Shown: positions 25,867-40,109, numbered from the whole stretch's first letter. The stretch: 63,752 nucleotides of DNA, filler included, from Conidiobolus incongruus B7586 (GCA_000697335.1; 10 parts of 10 records of this genome joined end to end with filler, not necessarily neighbours in it); one strand, 5' to 3'. Notes: generated by a model from the sequence alone, not told the origin. Numbers and translations are program-made.

Positions 25867-27892
25867 ATGATTGATATTCATCAAAATAAAATTATAATGT
25901 GTGAAAAAGAACATTATAGAGTGAATTCTAATACTAATAATTCAAAAATAAAAAATGACTCATATATTAGAGAAAACAATGAACACAGTAAATATTATTT
26001 GATATGTTAAAATTCAATTTCTAAATTTGAAATTAGTTACAAAAGATTCAACACATAAAAAGAAAGAAGTAGGATACGTTTACGATATTAGGATGGTGAA
26101 TCATATGCAGTTAAATTTAAATTATCACGAAAATGAAATACCTTTAAGAATATCCGCTATTTATCAAACTTTAAAACAGAATGGATTAATTGATAAAATG
26201 AAGCATATTCCTGCAAGATTGGCTACCAATGAAGAATTATTGAACTTTCATACTTTAGAATATATTCAAAAGATTGAGAGGGTTAAATTCTTGAATAAGG
26301 ATGAATTAATTAAGATGGCTAAAATGTACGATGATTTATATTTAAGTACCGAGAGTGAATACTGTGCGAGATTGGCTTGTGGTGGTGTCATTGAGTTAAT
26401 TAATGAGATTTTATTGAATAGAATTTTAAGTGGATTTGCTATCGTTAGACCTCCGTAATTATTCCTATACTATGATATTACAATATTATGAGTAATTAAT
26501 TTTTTTAATTGTATAGGGGTCATCATGCTGAAGCTGATCAAGCAATGTAAGTTTGAATCAATATTTAATTCATTTTATTATTTAATTTTCTTAATAATTA
26601 GGGGATTTTGTATGTTTAACAATGTCGTAAGTAAATAATAATATTGTATTGATTAAACTGCGAAATTTAATCCTTTATCAGGCAATTGCAGTTGCTTCTT
26701 TGAAAAAGAAATTTAATTTAAAAAAGTTATTAATTGTTGATTGGTAAATTATATCATATTTAATATTATATCTCATTTAATTAATAACTCCTTTAGGGAT
26801 GTTCATTATGGTATACTGTTTTTGTTATTTAAGTTGAAAATTCCCAAATTATTGATATTAATGTGTAATTTAGGAAATGGAATTCAAAAAGCTTTTGATT
26901 CTGATCCAAATGTTGTTTATATTTCCCTCCATCGCTATGAAAATGCTAAATTCTATCCTTTTGACACTACAGGTGCTCTAACTTATGTAGGCGAAGCAGG
27001 GGGTCTTGGTTGGTAAGGATTGATCAATATTATAGCAACTATGTAATTTCTTAACATTTTAATATTCAAGCTCTATCAACGTTGCTTGGACAAGAGCAGG
27101 TATGGGAGATGGTGATTATTTATACGCTTTTGATGAAATTATAATTCCTATTGCCAAAGAATTTGAACCTGAGCTTATAGTTGGTAATTAATCATTTTTT
27201 TCAAACCGAGAATTATATTAATTATACTTTTCAATTTAGTTGCTTCTGGTTTTGATGCAGCAATTGGTAATTTATTTGAGATATATTTTTGAAATTTATT
27301 TTAATTAATTGTAATAGGCGATCAATTGGGAGAGTGTAATATTACTCCTTTGGGATACGCTCAATTAACACACAAACTGTATCAATTAACTAATGGTAAA
27401 ATTGCAATTTGTTTAGAGGTAATATGCTGTTCACAGAGTTTAAATTTTATTCAATTAAAATGTGTTATTTAGGGAGGTTATAATCTTCAGTCTATTTCAC
27501 AATCTGCGATGGCATGTGTTCAAGTGCTTTTGAATGAAATTGATGTTTCTGATGCTCCTCAACCTCCCCCTTCAGAAGATTGTGTTAAGGTTGTTGATGA
27601 TCTTAAACGAGTGCACAAAACATTCTGGAAATGTATGCAAGAAGCTTATGATGAAAGAGTCAGATATTCTACACCTTTTTGGAATAAGGAATCTAATAAT
27701 GCTCAGGATGACATGAATCAATCCAATCAACCAGTTATTCCTGCATCACACTCTAACCAAGTCAACGGAAGCCCTCCTAACTTATCTACGACTACTACAG
27801 ATAATGCTGAAAAACATGAAGTATATCATATCGACTGGAATAATTTGACGGAGTATAAGGTCGATGATGATGGTATAATTGAAATTCTTTAA
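25867..27892 (+). CDS. class II histone deacetylase (Hda1/Clr3-like catalytic domain), ~11 exons; start tentative
   Basis: Spliced translation across ten GT-AG introns gives HENEIPLRI, AIVRPP-GHHAE, GFCMFNNV, LIVDW-DVHYG-NGIQ, ISLHRY..FYP, ASGFDAAI-GDQLG and LE-GGYN. The ATG at 25867 splices in frame into exon 2 at 26037. Confidence 0.9.
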
Positions 27893-28323
27893 TCACATAC
27901 TCATTCTTCATTTATTTATAAATGCAAAAACCGCGTTTAATCTAATATTAAAAATTCAAATGCATTTTAATTAATCAGATCAAATTTTAAATTTCGTTTA
28001 AAAATGTTAAATATTCGGTATATAATTATTCTATTATCATTTTAAAGATTATTTCTCCTAGTTATATTAATTGTTATATTCTATCATTTTAATACTTATA
28101 TGTGTGAAATTTGTTTTAATTAATTACACTAATCAAATATTCTAAATTTATTAACCAAACTTGATTTATAATTTGAGTACTTGTATTAAAAATCTTTTGC
28201 AAATGAATTTATGATAAAAATCATAGAAATATTTATAAATTTTTGAAATATAAAAACAATATATGTCATAACATTAATTTATTAATGTTCAAAATTTTGT
28301 GTTAAGTTAATTAGATGAATAAT

Positions 28324-30308
28324 TTAATTAGAATTAGTTGGTTTGTCTAGATTATTAGAATGAGTGGAATTTACAACGATTACCACTGGTTGGTCGTTCT
28401 CTGCAGGTGGGTTAACAGGTGTTGATCTGGCAGATTCATGGCTTGGTCTCTTTAATGCAGGCTTGATTCCTAAGTTACTGGAAGAATCATTAGGGGTTGC
28501 TCCTGGGAGAGGAGTCACAGGAGCTGAAATTGCACCGCGAATATGACCTTCGGCATCAAGTTGCACTTCATCACCCCTATTAAGCACAGGCAATCTACTA
28601 ACCATATTCTGAATCATCACACTCTGAGTTAAAGTCCTTGTTGGAATCTTATATCCTAGGTAGAATAGGGGAATTGTGATCCCATGGACAACAATTGAAC
28701 TGAGAACTAAGAAAGAATTGATTGTATACATATACTTGAGAGGACCTTCGGGGACACCTAATCTATGTCCTTCTTCAATTCCCATTAAAGATAGGTAGAT
28801 AGCACCAACTCCAATAGGACCAAACCAACCTGCAAAAAGAGTTTGACGGATGTTCTTAATAGCCGGAATGAATTTTGAGAATAAAAGGAGCGGTGGAAGT
28901 CTTCTCAGGAAGAGGATCATCACTGTCATTCCAACAAGTTTACCCGGCGTGAGCCCAAGTTCTGGATTAGTATAGGAAGACCATGGAATGGTTGTACCGA
29001 AATAAATGAAGAATGAATAGTTGAAAATCATATCCACAACTTCTTGCAAGTGAGCCTCGCGAGTTTCTTTGGAAAACCAGTCACTAAGTAATATTAATAT
29101 AATAAATCTAATTAAAAAAAATATAAGAACTTACTTCCAAGCGAATACTGTACCAGCAACAAAACATGCTAAAAGTTCATCACTGCCAATTGTTGCAACA
29201 CTTCCCATTAAAAACAACTATAGATCAAAAATCAATAAGGTTAAAAATTGAAAAATGATATAATCTTACAGCTAAACCGATCCAGAATCCCAAGAAGGAC
29301 TCCTTATCAATAAAATCATGCTGCTCAGCATAGAATACCAATCGTTTAGCAAGCCAACCGATCACTGCACCAATCACAATGGATAATAGAATCATATAAA
29401 GCCATGTATACAAGACCCAATCAGAGATAGCTTTACCTACAGAATCTGAAGAGAGAAGATACAATCCAAGGAAGAGATAGGGGAGACCCAAGCCATCATT
29501 GATACCACTCTCAGCTGATAAAATATCACGAACATTAAGTGGAACGTTTTTTTCAGCAAATCTTCCTTTGACAACTGAGTTAGCTAAAATCTATATCCAA
29601 TATGATTTCATCAGTGCATCATTCAATAAAATTCAACCATTTTACTTACTGGATCAGTTGGGGTGACACAAGCTGCTATTAAAAGACATTCCAACTATAA
29701 TACAGGTTTAGTGCGATTTAATGATAAAGTATGTTATTAACTTACATATGTTAGAGGTAGAAATATCTTAAGAATTCCGCCACTAATTAGCCACATGAAG
29801 AGCATGACAGGTAGTAACAACATGGCAATGGATAATTTTTCAATCCATATGTATTTTCTAGGTTATTATAGTTAATATTAGCCTTTGATTAAAAATCATA
29901 TTATTGCTTACTTTGGCATTGATACACCTATAGCCATAACCTATATAATATAAATAATGAACAAAATATTAAATTAAATTCTTAAATTCTATATACTAAT
30001 GGTATTATTATATACCTGAATAGCGATAACAATTCTGGAGAATTCCAGAAGGATAGTTTCTTGATGTTCAAATTGGGTCGGATCAAATAAATTCAAACAA
30101 TAAGGACCAACTACTACACCAAATAACAAAGCCACCACTAAAATATAAAGTTAAAATAAATGTAAATTACAGTATAACCAGAGCACTTACGCGTATCGGA
30201 TATAAACAGTCTTTCTTTAATCACCAAACTAATTAAGCCAAAAACAATAATAAAACCACCAACTAAAGCTGGTAAAGTGTGATAATCGTGAAGATTTAAA
30301 TTAATCAT
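28324..30308 (-). CDS. NHA1: plasma-membrane Na+(K+)/H+ antiporter, CPA1 Nha1/Sod2 family, multi-exon
   Basis: ATG at 30308 (MINLNLHDYHTLPALVGGFIIVFGLISLVIKERLFIS). Motifs ACVTPTDP-ILANSVVKGRFA, LSAESGINDGLGLP, GSDELLACFVAG, LRRLP, FAGWFGPIGVGA and SIVVHG. Confidence 0.93.
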
Positions 30309-33300
30309 TATTATTATTATTCTTTAATATTTATAAACAAAATAAAGATATCGAAAAATATTTAAATTCCAATAAAGATCAGTTATTAATTTTATATATT
30401 AGGAATTTAAATAAAATAAAAATATTATCAAAATTAAATAAGAATATTAACTTGTCAGGATAAAAACATTACTTAATAGAATTAAATATTTAACTATTTT
30501 TTAAAATAAAATTTAAAAAATTGAATACGATTATATATCAAATCTTTGAATTCTGCTGAGTACCTTAACAAGAATTAATAAGAATTATGCTGAGAATATT
30601 GACTAAGAGGATTATACTGCAAGAAATTGATTAAAACCCACAATGACTTAATTTAATTTTTCAAATTGGAATTTGGGTGAGTTACTGGTGCTTTTTATAC
30701 TTGCAATTTGCCATAAATTCATGATAAGTCAATGGATTTGGTTGGCTAAATATTTAAAACAGGGTGGATAGTTCAAATTTGCGTGAATTTCCAAACCTTG
30801 TACTATCTGGCAAACTGTTCTCATTACATGAATGAATTTATCATTGTACATGTATATTCGGAGCGAAAATAGTATATATTAATTACTATATATCATTGAG
30901 AGTTATTATTTCTTAACTTTGAAAACTATTTTCTTCAAAAAATAACTATAACATTATATCTATTAATATAACTCTAAATTAATTAAATTCTAATTAACCT
31001 TGATAAACCAAATTTGATAAAATTTATCAACTTACTATCTTATTTATCTATTAACATAATACGATTTTTGCTCATTATTTTATTTCATATCGGACTTTTT
31101 TAACTAACTATTTTTAAATCAAAACACTAATATGAAAAATCAAATGACCTCAAATAATAAATCATTTAAATAAAAGAATTGAGTTTTTAATACAATTTTT
31201 GGGAATATCATAGGTTTTTTAGTTTTCAATATTGTCTATAAATAAAAAAAACAATCAGTACAATTAAACGAGAGCCTATATATACCCTAAATATTGAACA
31301 ATCACTATAATTGACAATACGTCGGTAATATTATTATAATCAAATTCTTTCATAGAGGAAAATTGGATAGAAGCTGTTTAAAGGATAAATTATATCATAG
31401 GGTGGAAATATAACCCAATTTAGAAATTTTTTCAACATGATACCAATAAGAGTCATATTTGTAGAAATTAATACACTTGTTTAATGAGTAAATATATACT
31501 TCATGAAAATGGATCTTTTTATTCAATTTTAAAATATCACTATTAAATTTGTTTTTTAAATTTATATTATGATGAATTATTTTATTTAAATTTGAAACTA
31601 ATATGCATATTATTCAAATTTAAATTTTGTTGGGTTGACAAGGCTTTAGTTAGATGCTTTAATTAAATCTTGGCAGATTAATTACATAATTTCATATTAA
31701 TTCCTAATTTATAATTCATAATTATTTTCAAAAATAATAATCTTTAATTTTAGCGAAAATATAAGTTTTTTTTATATAAAATTATATATTATATTAAAAT
31801 AAGTCTTCCAAATTTGAAATCTAATAACATAATCCTCATACCTTGCAATACAAGTGAATATTCAATTACATAATATAAAAATTGACATATCCTTGGCCTT
31901 CAGTTTATTTTTTGATTACAAAATATGTAAATTATACTGAACAGTAAGGTATATCAATAATGCATATTTAATAACTTTCATCATTAAATAATATGCACAA
32001 ATAATTAATTATCTAATTATTTATATTTCAATTTAAATAAATTTTAAAAATTTTGATTTTTATATATTATACTCATAATTTTCACCTATATTTAATATCT
32101 TTTGTAATTATAATTTTGAGGTAAAGAATAAAATTTATTAAAAGACAAGTGATTTGAACGACTTATAATACGATTTTTGTCATTTTCTATCCAACAAGTG
32201 AATTAGAATTAGGTATAACAAATCGTATATCAGCTATATATTCCTATTATCGCACTAGTATTAATCATATATTAAATATTAATATATGATAATAATGATT
32301 ATGATGTTATTTGCCCAGTTTATTATATATATATATATATTCCAAAGGTTAAATAAATTCGCTATCAACGATCATGTAACAAAATTTGATTGGATTATCT
32401 TATTCTATTCAAAGCGGTATTTATAATATTTGAATATATATAAATCTTATTTATATAAAATTAATTAATAATAAATTTGAAATATATCTGTTAAAAATAT
32501 TAAAAATGAATTAATTAAATGAAATATATTAAATTTATATTATTTATCTAGTTATATATAACTTATTAATGTATATTATAATAATATTAACTAAATTTTA
32601 TCAATTATTATATATTATTTCACATTTATTAATTGTTATTTTCAATCTCATCATTTTATTTCAAAATTAAATATAATTTTAATATTTTTAATATTGTTCA
32701 TAAATTATTAAAATTTTAACACAATAATATCTATTAAAGTAAATATTACATATTTTATATTATAGCACTTTTTTTAAAATAAATATAAGTATAGAATTTA
32801 AATAAATAATTTATATAAAAATTGACATTTTTTTGATTTACTCTAACTCTTTGTTATATCCTCAATAGACATCCAATATTTATAATCTTTTTTATAAAAG
32901 TAATAAATTTGGAAATATCACTAATTAATCAAACTTATCCATTGAAATTTAATTTTTTTAGAATAAATTTTTTGATTATTTAATGTTATTAAATCCATAA
33001 GAGTTATAGTCTATTGAATATGCTAGATTGGATAATTTTCCTTATTTTCTTTATTCAGAAAGTTGTCTCTAACTATAGCTCTATATATTTTATGAATATT
33101 AGAAAATTGTTAGTAATTATTAAGTTTTGAATAAAATATTAAATGAAACTTATTTTAATCTAATTAATATAAAACTTATTATTAATTTTTTTATTATTAA
33201 AATATAAATAGAAAGATCATATATTATTATAATTTATTTTTATCATTATAATTGATATTATTATTGTATTCTAAAAATACCTGTTTGTCTAGATTTGATA

Positions 33301-34184
33301 GTTGGGTTCATATTACCCCTTGCTCATGGCATAATTGTTAGTCTATAATCAAGTGATATTTTTTAGCTCCTTTATTAGAATTTATTCAAAACTTATGTCA
33401 CTCACTAAATGAATTATTTAAACTCTAAAATGTTAAGATTAATAAGAAGATTTTTTTTCTCTGAATATTCTGTTATAAGGTCTTAATAATATTTTTAAGA
33501 CATATAGTCCCAATATTTTAAAAAGCAGGATTAATAAATAATTGGCTAAATTATATTACAAGTATTTTTCTAACCATAATCTTTGTTTCCCAAAACTTAT
33601 AAAAACTCAATATTATTAAATTTAATATATTTTTTAGAGTTTATAGATAAGATTATGTTATTACAGTTCTAAATATTATTTGATTAATGGATCAACAATA
33701 ATATATAAATATTCAGATTTATTATTTTAAATAATTCAATATAATGATTTTAATATTTTATTATAATATACTTAATATTACTTAAATATCAGTATTCTTA
33801 TTTTTAATCTTTTATTTAATATATAAATTATTTAATTTAAATAAGCATAGAATTTGATATAAAATGTAATATTATTAAATAATTAAAATGTTTTATTAAT
33901 TTTTATTTAAATATAAAATCAATATTATTATAAGTTGATTTAATTAATTAAGAAAAATATTTTTATTATTAATTATTTTTTTTGTATTTGATATAATATT
34001 TGATATTTCTATTGAATTAATATTAAGTTCTAATTATATTATAATATAATAATCTTGATAATTATTATTATATAATGTAAAATANNNNNNNNNNNNNNNN
34101 NNNNNNNNNNNNNNNNNNNNNNNNNNNNTTAATTAATTAANNNNNNNNNNNNNNNNNNNNNNNNNNNNNNNNNNNNNNNNNNNN

Positions 34185-34266
34185 ATATATATAATTTTTC
34201 AAAATATATAATATCTTTGAAAAATCAGAAATTAAAAAATTTGCCATTTTTTAATTTCTATACTAA
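34185..34266 (-). mobile_element. mariner left-end fragment (second TIR variant)
   Basis: Reverse complement TTAGTATAGAAATTAAAAAATGGCAAATTTTTTAATTTCTGA matches the left end at 48839; abuts a gap. Confidence 0.7.
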
Positions 34267-35580
34267 TAATATTGGAAAATTAGTGAAACTTATGGAATAA
34301 TAATTTGAATATATATTGATATATAAAAGAATCATGACTTATATTGATATTAATGTTATTTTAGCCATAATCCTTAAAATAATTAAATAATTATATTTCT
34401 GAGGTTTTTAATACTATTTTCACTAATATTCAAGGGAATAATAATACTTTTGAAATAAATTTATTGTAAATTGATAAAAGCTTAAAATACTTGACATTTG
34501 GTATTTAAAAATAATTTAAAAAATCCCCAATAATAGGGTATTGTCTCAATAAAAGTACTGATTAAGATTTATTACTAACAATTAGTAAAAAAATAATAAT
34601 TTCTTATAATTTGTATTTTATAAACATTTTAACAATGTATTTTATCAAAAGTTGTTTAATGAAATTCAATCCTTGAATTGATTCAAATAGATTCAAATGG
34701 TGATATGAATGATATTCTATCTCTTGAAGTGACTATCGATAGTTAATTACTCTAATTCTTTCATAACTATGTGACTTGATATTAATTCACACTTTTAAAA
34801 GTAATTTCTAATTCTGGTTTTAAGTATTCATTAGAAATTACATATTGATAAATATTTATTAATAAAATATTAATAACCAAACTCAATAATACATATTGGG
34901 ACTTAAAATATTATAATTAGATTTGTATAAATTTATTTCTCATTATATATAGTCCCAGAAAATTAAAGCTTAAAAATTAAAAAAAATGTATATTTTTAAT
35001 ATCATGTTTTGATTTTGTAAATATGAAAAATAAAACAAGAAATAAAATAAATAAATTCTATTAATGTCAGCATTATTTATCATTAAAAGTAAATAATATA
35101 CTATTTTTTAATCAATTCCTTGTTTGAAATTCTAGCGGTGAGAGCATAATTGGAATTTAGCTGATTCACCTGAAATAGGGAAATGAATATGGTAATATAT
35201 TCGATGTAATGTTATTAATTTATATTAGCAATATAAATAATTGATAGTATAATAATATAATGATGAGTTATTTAATTTAGAATTATATTGTAATCGATTT
35301 ATTCATATTATCATTTAATACTTGAAAAAAATTGAACAATATAATGTTGAATAATGTTCAGTATATAAAAGCATATAGATATTTGTAACATAACTCCCTA
35401 CATTTCAATAATATCCAATCAATTTGAAAATGCAATTTTGTAGTATTTTAGGCTATAATATTTTTATTAAAATAAAATATATTAATAATTAAATGATTAA
35501 TAAATATCAAAAAAATCATAAATAATTGAATAAATTATTATTAATTTCAAATTCTATATTAAATTAACAAAATTTCAAAT

Positions 35581-36865
35581 CTATTTTTTAATCCATTTGC
35601 CCTGAATCCAAACTCTATGCATTTGAACTTTTTGGGCTCTGTTGACAATTAATCTTCGATCTACAGCTAATTGTTTTTCTTCAAAATCATCCTTAAATAA
35701 ATCTCTAAGTTCGTCTATTATAAAAATTAACATTAGGATTGAATATGTAATAAGAGGGATATGAATTACCTTCTGTAAAGAAATAAACTTGAGTACCATC
35801 GCCACGTACGTAGAAATTATCTTGAATGTATCGTCCTTTTTTGAATCGGAGTTGAGCTAAGTCAAATCTTCCATAATCTGAAAAAATTATATTTAATTAA
35901 AAGTTCATAATTAATAAAATGGTTGAAAATTACCTCTAAATAGTAATTGACCGCCAGGTTTCAACATCTATAAAGATTAAAATGAAATTCAATCGATGAG
36001 ACTAGTTGAAATTTACCTTTGTCAAATTTTGGACAGTCTGATTCCAATTCTTAGGGTGAACAGCGGAAAATGCAAAAATCATTAGGATAACATCTAAGGA
36101 ATTGGGCTTAATGATTTCTGGAAGCTCTGGTGATGTCATATCCCAAACGAAAGCCTGACATCTTTTACCGTCGTATAAAGGATGTTGCTAAATATCAATT
36201 AGTCAATAATTTTTATGAATTTGATTGAATAGTTACTTTCAGGACATCAATAGCAGTACTAGAAAAATCTGTTGTGAAAACTTTATAATTGGGATGGGGA
36301 TTGGCTTCCAATAGTGGGAAGGTAGTATTACCAACACCACATCCCAATTCTAAAATATTAAATTCTTCATTCTGAAAAATAGTTAGTATTAATTTTTATT
36401 AAACCTTTGTAAAAAAATTTACCAATTCATCACCTTCCTTCCCAACGAATATTTCAGGAAATTCTAAATTTAACCAATTTCTATTTTTAAAGAATTTGTT
36501 TTCGTTATGACTGTAAAATTGGTTCCAATATTCGTTAGCTTTTACGTCGTAATTAACTACATAGTTCCAATTAATAATTAGTTTGCTATGGTATTTAATA
36601 ATTGTTACCTTTATCTTCTTCTAATACTGGATTTTCAGCTTGTTTAGCTATTAATTTTTTAGCGTGTTCCAAATGTTCAGCGCTAGGTTCTACATTATCC
36701 CTAAATAGAATTAAATTTGGGTTATATTGATTAGAATAAAAATTACCATGCATTATGTTCGAACACCTGGTCCTTATCAGTTAGGAATCTATTACCGAAT
36801 TGGGTATCTGAGGTAGTATCATTTTCTTTATTAATTTCGTCAGTTGGATCTCTACGTTTGGTCAT
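35581..36865 (-). CDS. TRM140: tRNA N3-methylcytidine methyltransferase, Trm140/METTL2 family, multi-exon
   Basis: ATG at 36865. Motifs [87 protein letters not shown] and C-terminal DRRLIVNR....[10 protein letters not shown]. Mostly missed by the ORF track because of introns. Confidence 0.92.
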
Positions 36866-37589
36866 TTTATTAAAATTTTATAATATTATAATAATTTATA
36901 TAAAATAATTTTCAAAATAATAAAATTTTATAACAAATTGAATTAATTTTTAAATTATGGGATAATTAGGAAATTTAATTATTTTTTTTGTATGATATTA
37001 TATTAATAAAAATGTGAATTGTCTGCAAATTTAAATAAAATGACTTATTAAAAATAATAAATATTAACAACAAACCTTATATTGTGCTTCAAATTTTCTA
37101 TTTTATATTATCAAATATCTTTCAATATTTTTCAGCAACATATTTTTCTCATTTGGGTATAATGATAATAGTTTAATATAGTTCGAATTCATTTAAATAT
37201 GTACATTTTTTATTAATGATTCAAATTAATTAGAAACGTTTTGAAATTTGAAATATGATAGTGTCTTTTTATATATTTTAAACCTATAAATTAATTGAAG
37301 TAGAATTAAGAACTATATTTAGTTATTAATACTCAAAAATTGATATTTTTATAATTTAATATTCTCATGCTTTAGAAAAGTTTTAAAGATATATAATATT
37401 TACTTGAAAACTTTGATTATTTAGATTATTGTAAAATCTATAATCATATTAAAAACTTGGTTTTCATTAATTGAGAATAATCATTTCACAAATTTTTAAC
37501 AATGTTGAATATTGAGTTAAGTAAAATTGAAATAAGGATAGGATTTGGGGAGGATTAATGGGAAAGTTTATTTAACTAGAGTGGTGCAT

Positions 37590-37712
37590 CTATTTCTCAG
37601 GTTTCTTCTCACCCTTACCAGCACTAACAGAAATTCCTGCCAAATTAACTTTGGGCAACTGGATTGCCATCAAGGTGGCCATTGCGAAAGTTACTAGGGT
37701 TAATAATTTCAT
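37590..37712 (-). CDS. candidate 40-aa secreted micropeptide MKLLTLVTFAMATLMAIQLPKVNLAGISVSAGKGEKKPEK
   Basis: ATG at 37712 to TAG at 37590, in a local GC-richer island. Classical signal-peptide pattern (MK plus hydrophobic core ending in Ala). TATAAAAA ~55 bp upstream. Confidence 0.55.
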   Translation of the reverse strand: MKLLTLVTFAMATLMAIQLPKVNLAGISVSAGKGEKKPEK

Positions 37713-37765
37713 CTTTGGTTGCTTAGATTAAGTGAATATAATTTGAATTAGGTTGATTTGCAAAG

Positions 37766-37773
37766 TTTTTATA
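37766..37773 (-). promoter_or_regulatory. putative TATA box of the micropeptide gene
   Basis: CTGTATAAAAACT on minus, ~55 bp upstream of the ATG at 37712. Weak evidence in an AT-rich genome. Confidence 0.3.
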
Positions 37774-37828
37774 CAGATTTAAAGGCATTTTATGATTTCA
37801 TTTAATAAGGAAATTTAGTTTCTTAATA

Positions 37829-38427
37829 TTACCTTGAATTTGAAATAATGGGAAATTTTTTAATTTCCAATTTTTCAAACATATTATTAGTTTGAAATAA
37901 ATAAATATATACAAAGTTAATAGGAAATTATATATTTTTAATATATATATATATATATATTAGTTTTTTTAATTAAAAAATTAACTTTTTAAAATTGGTT
38001 GTTTAATTTAATCATGCTTAAACTAAATAGTAATTATCAAAAGTTTTTTATTTTAGTATTAGTAAAACTTAACCATAAACCCTCTAAAATTATTTAAAAT
38101 TTATAAGCAGCTTTTAGTAATAAAGTATTATCTAAATTAACAATTTATCACTAAGTAAATTACTTTAAAGCTAGGAGAAAAATTATTCAAAACCTGTTAA
38201 AATTTAGAAAACTAACTTCAACTATTATTTTTTCAATTGTAAATAGAGTGAAAAAATATATTAAAAAGCACTTTTTTATTTTAGCTAAAGAATTATCTAA
38301 GTACTTTAATATTAGTTTTACAAGTATTTTATATATTTTAAAGTTTAAACTAAAATTAATAAATAAAAATATAAAATAGATACTTTATAATTTAACTAAA
38401 GCTTAAAAAAAGTTAAAGTAGCTATTG
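37829..38427 (+). mobile_element. mariner element 5' half, truncated by a gap
   Basis: TA followed by TIR TTACCTTGAATTTGAAATAATGGGAAATTTTT. Retains the transposase ATG (~38014). Near-identical to 14638-15233. Confidence 0.9.
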
Positions 38428-38534
38428 NNNNNNNNNNNNNNNNNNNNNNNNNNNNNNNNNNNNNNNNNNNNTTAATTAATTAANNNNNNNNNNNNNNNNN
38501 NNNNNNNNNNNNNNNNNNNNNNNNNNNATATATA

Positions 38535-40107
38535 CACTAACCTGCAAAAGTGAGTCATAAAATCAAAAACACCTATATTTTTACTAATAACTTGATTAAT
38601 ATTTAATAAAATAAACCTAAATTAAATAATTAAAATCTATTATATTTATTAGTTATATATATCATTAAATGATGATATTTAGCTATTAATTAGTTAAAAT
38701 ATAAACCCTTAAATTTTACCTAAGGTGAGTCATAAATTTGTAGGTTTTTGGTGATAAAAAAAAATTAAAACCTAGTGTATCTACCTTTAACTTTTTTAAC
38801 TTCTTTAAGTTTGTGGGGTATAGAATTAACTAACTTCTTACACTAAGAAGGGTTAATCTTGTTCTATGCTTCTTGAACATATTTTTAAAATTGATCTAAA
38901 TTTTTTACTGGGGGGAAAGCTTTAATAGCTTTTTTTAACTAATCCCAAAGGTGTTTAATTAGATTAAAGTTAGGAGATTGAAGAAGCCACTTCATAACTG
39001 TTATTTTGTTATTTTTAAGCTATTTGGTAGTAGAAGCTGTAGTATAGCAAGAGGCATTATCTTGCTAGAAAATAACATCAGATTTGTTTAACCTATACTA
39101 TTCAATAGTTTTTTTCAATTCATTATTTAAAATACTTTAGTATATCTTAATATTAATTCCCCCATTAACTTTATAAAGATACCTTACACCTGAAGACAAC
39201 ATACATCCCCAAATAATAATTAACCCACCATTATACTTTTGGGTAAAATTAACATGATGGTCACAAAGTAGTTTTGTATCTTTTCTGAAGCATCTAGTTT
39301 TTCTATCAAATTTACTAAGGTATATTTTTGTTTCATTAGACTAAATAACCTTACTCTAATTAGTTTTAATTTAATATTAGTAGCAACATTCAAACTCCCA
39401 CCTAACTTTATAGTGGGATTTTTTTAGTTGGGGGTGTTTTTTCTTAAGATATAAGTGGTATCTATGCTAATGTAAAGTATGTATAATAGTATCAGTGCTA
39501 ACTAATATTCTTGTATAGTTTTATAGTTCCTGCTGTATTTCTACAGCAGTACTATACTTGCTTGTACTAACAAACCTACAGATATACTTCTCATCATGTT
39601 CATCTATAATCCTAACACACTTAAGTTTAAGTTTAAATGTTTCTTTATTGTTATTCTTAACAACCTTAGCTATAGTAGACTAGCTAACACTAGTAATTCT
39701 AACAATATCACAAGTTGATTTATCTTCTTTATAAAGTTGATTGATGCACAAGTAGATTTTTTTAAAGAGGGATTTAGGTATAATAATACTAATAAAAAAA
39801 ATTTAATATATCTGTAAAATATTATATAAAATAATAGCAAAGAGAGAAAAAAGATATGGTTATATATTGTTAAATATATCCTTTTATCTCAAAAACCTAC
39901 AAATTTATGATTCACCTTGGTTAAATATTAAAGGTTAATATTTTTGCTAATAGTTTACTAAATATATCTAAATATATTTATCTATTATTAAATAATATAC
40001 CTTAATTATATATTATAGTTTCAAGTAATCTAATATATACAATTGTTTTAGTTATTAATTAAAATATATATATTTTTGATTTTATGACTCACTTTTGTGG
40101 GTCAGTG
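38535..40107 (-). mobile_element. full-length Tc1-family (DD34E) element, 1573 bp, IR/DR ends, mutated transposase at 39781-38765
   Basis: TA on both sides. Terminal repeats of the form CACTGACC..CAAAAGTGAGTCATAAAATCAAAAA. 339-codon frame with no net frameshift carrying (W)SKVI(W)S(D)ETK, GGLIIIWGCM, F(Q)QDNASC(H), W(PP)QSP(D)(L)N(P)I(E)HLW and KGRYTRF; 34 residues between D2 and E. Confidence 0.95.
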
Positions 40108-40109
40108 TA

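Noticed and set aside
32800..33700. CpG-free, transition-scarred stretch that looks like another mutated repeat (similarly 40869-42180)
   Set aside because: No second copy, terminal repeat or protein motif identifiable in this window.
35134..35170. GCGGTGAGAGCATAATTGG...TCACC, tRNA A-box-like start with a short hairpin
   Set aside because: No T-arm/B-box or cloverleaf can be formed.
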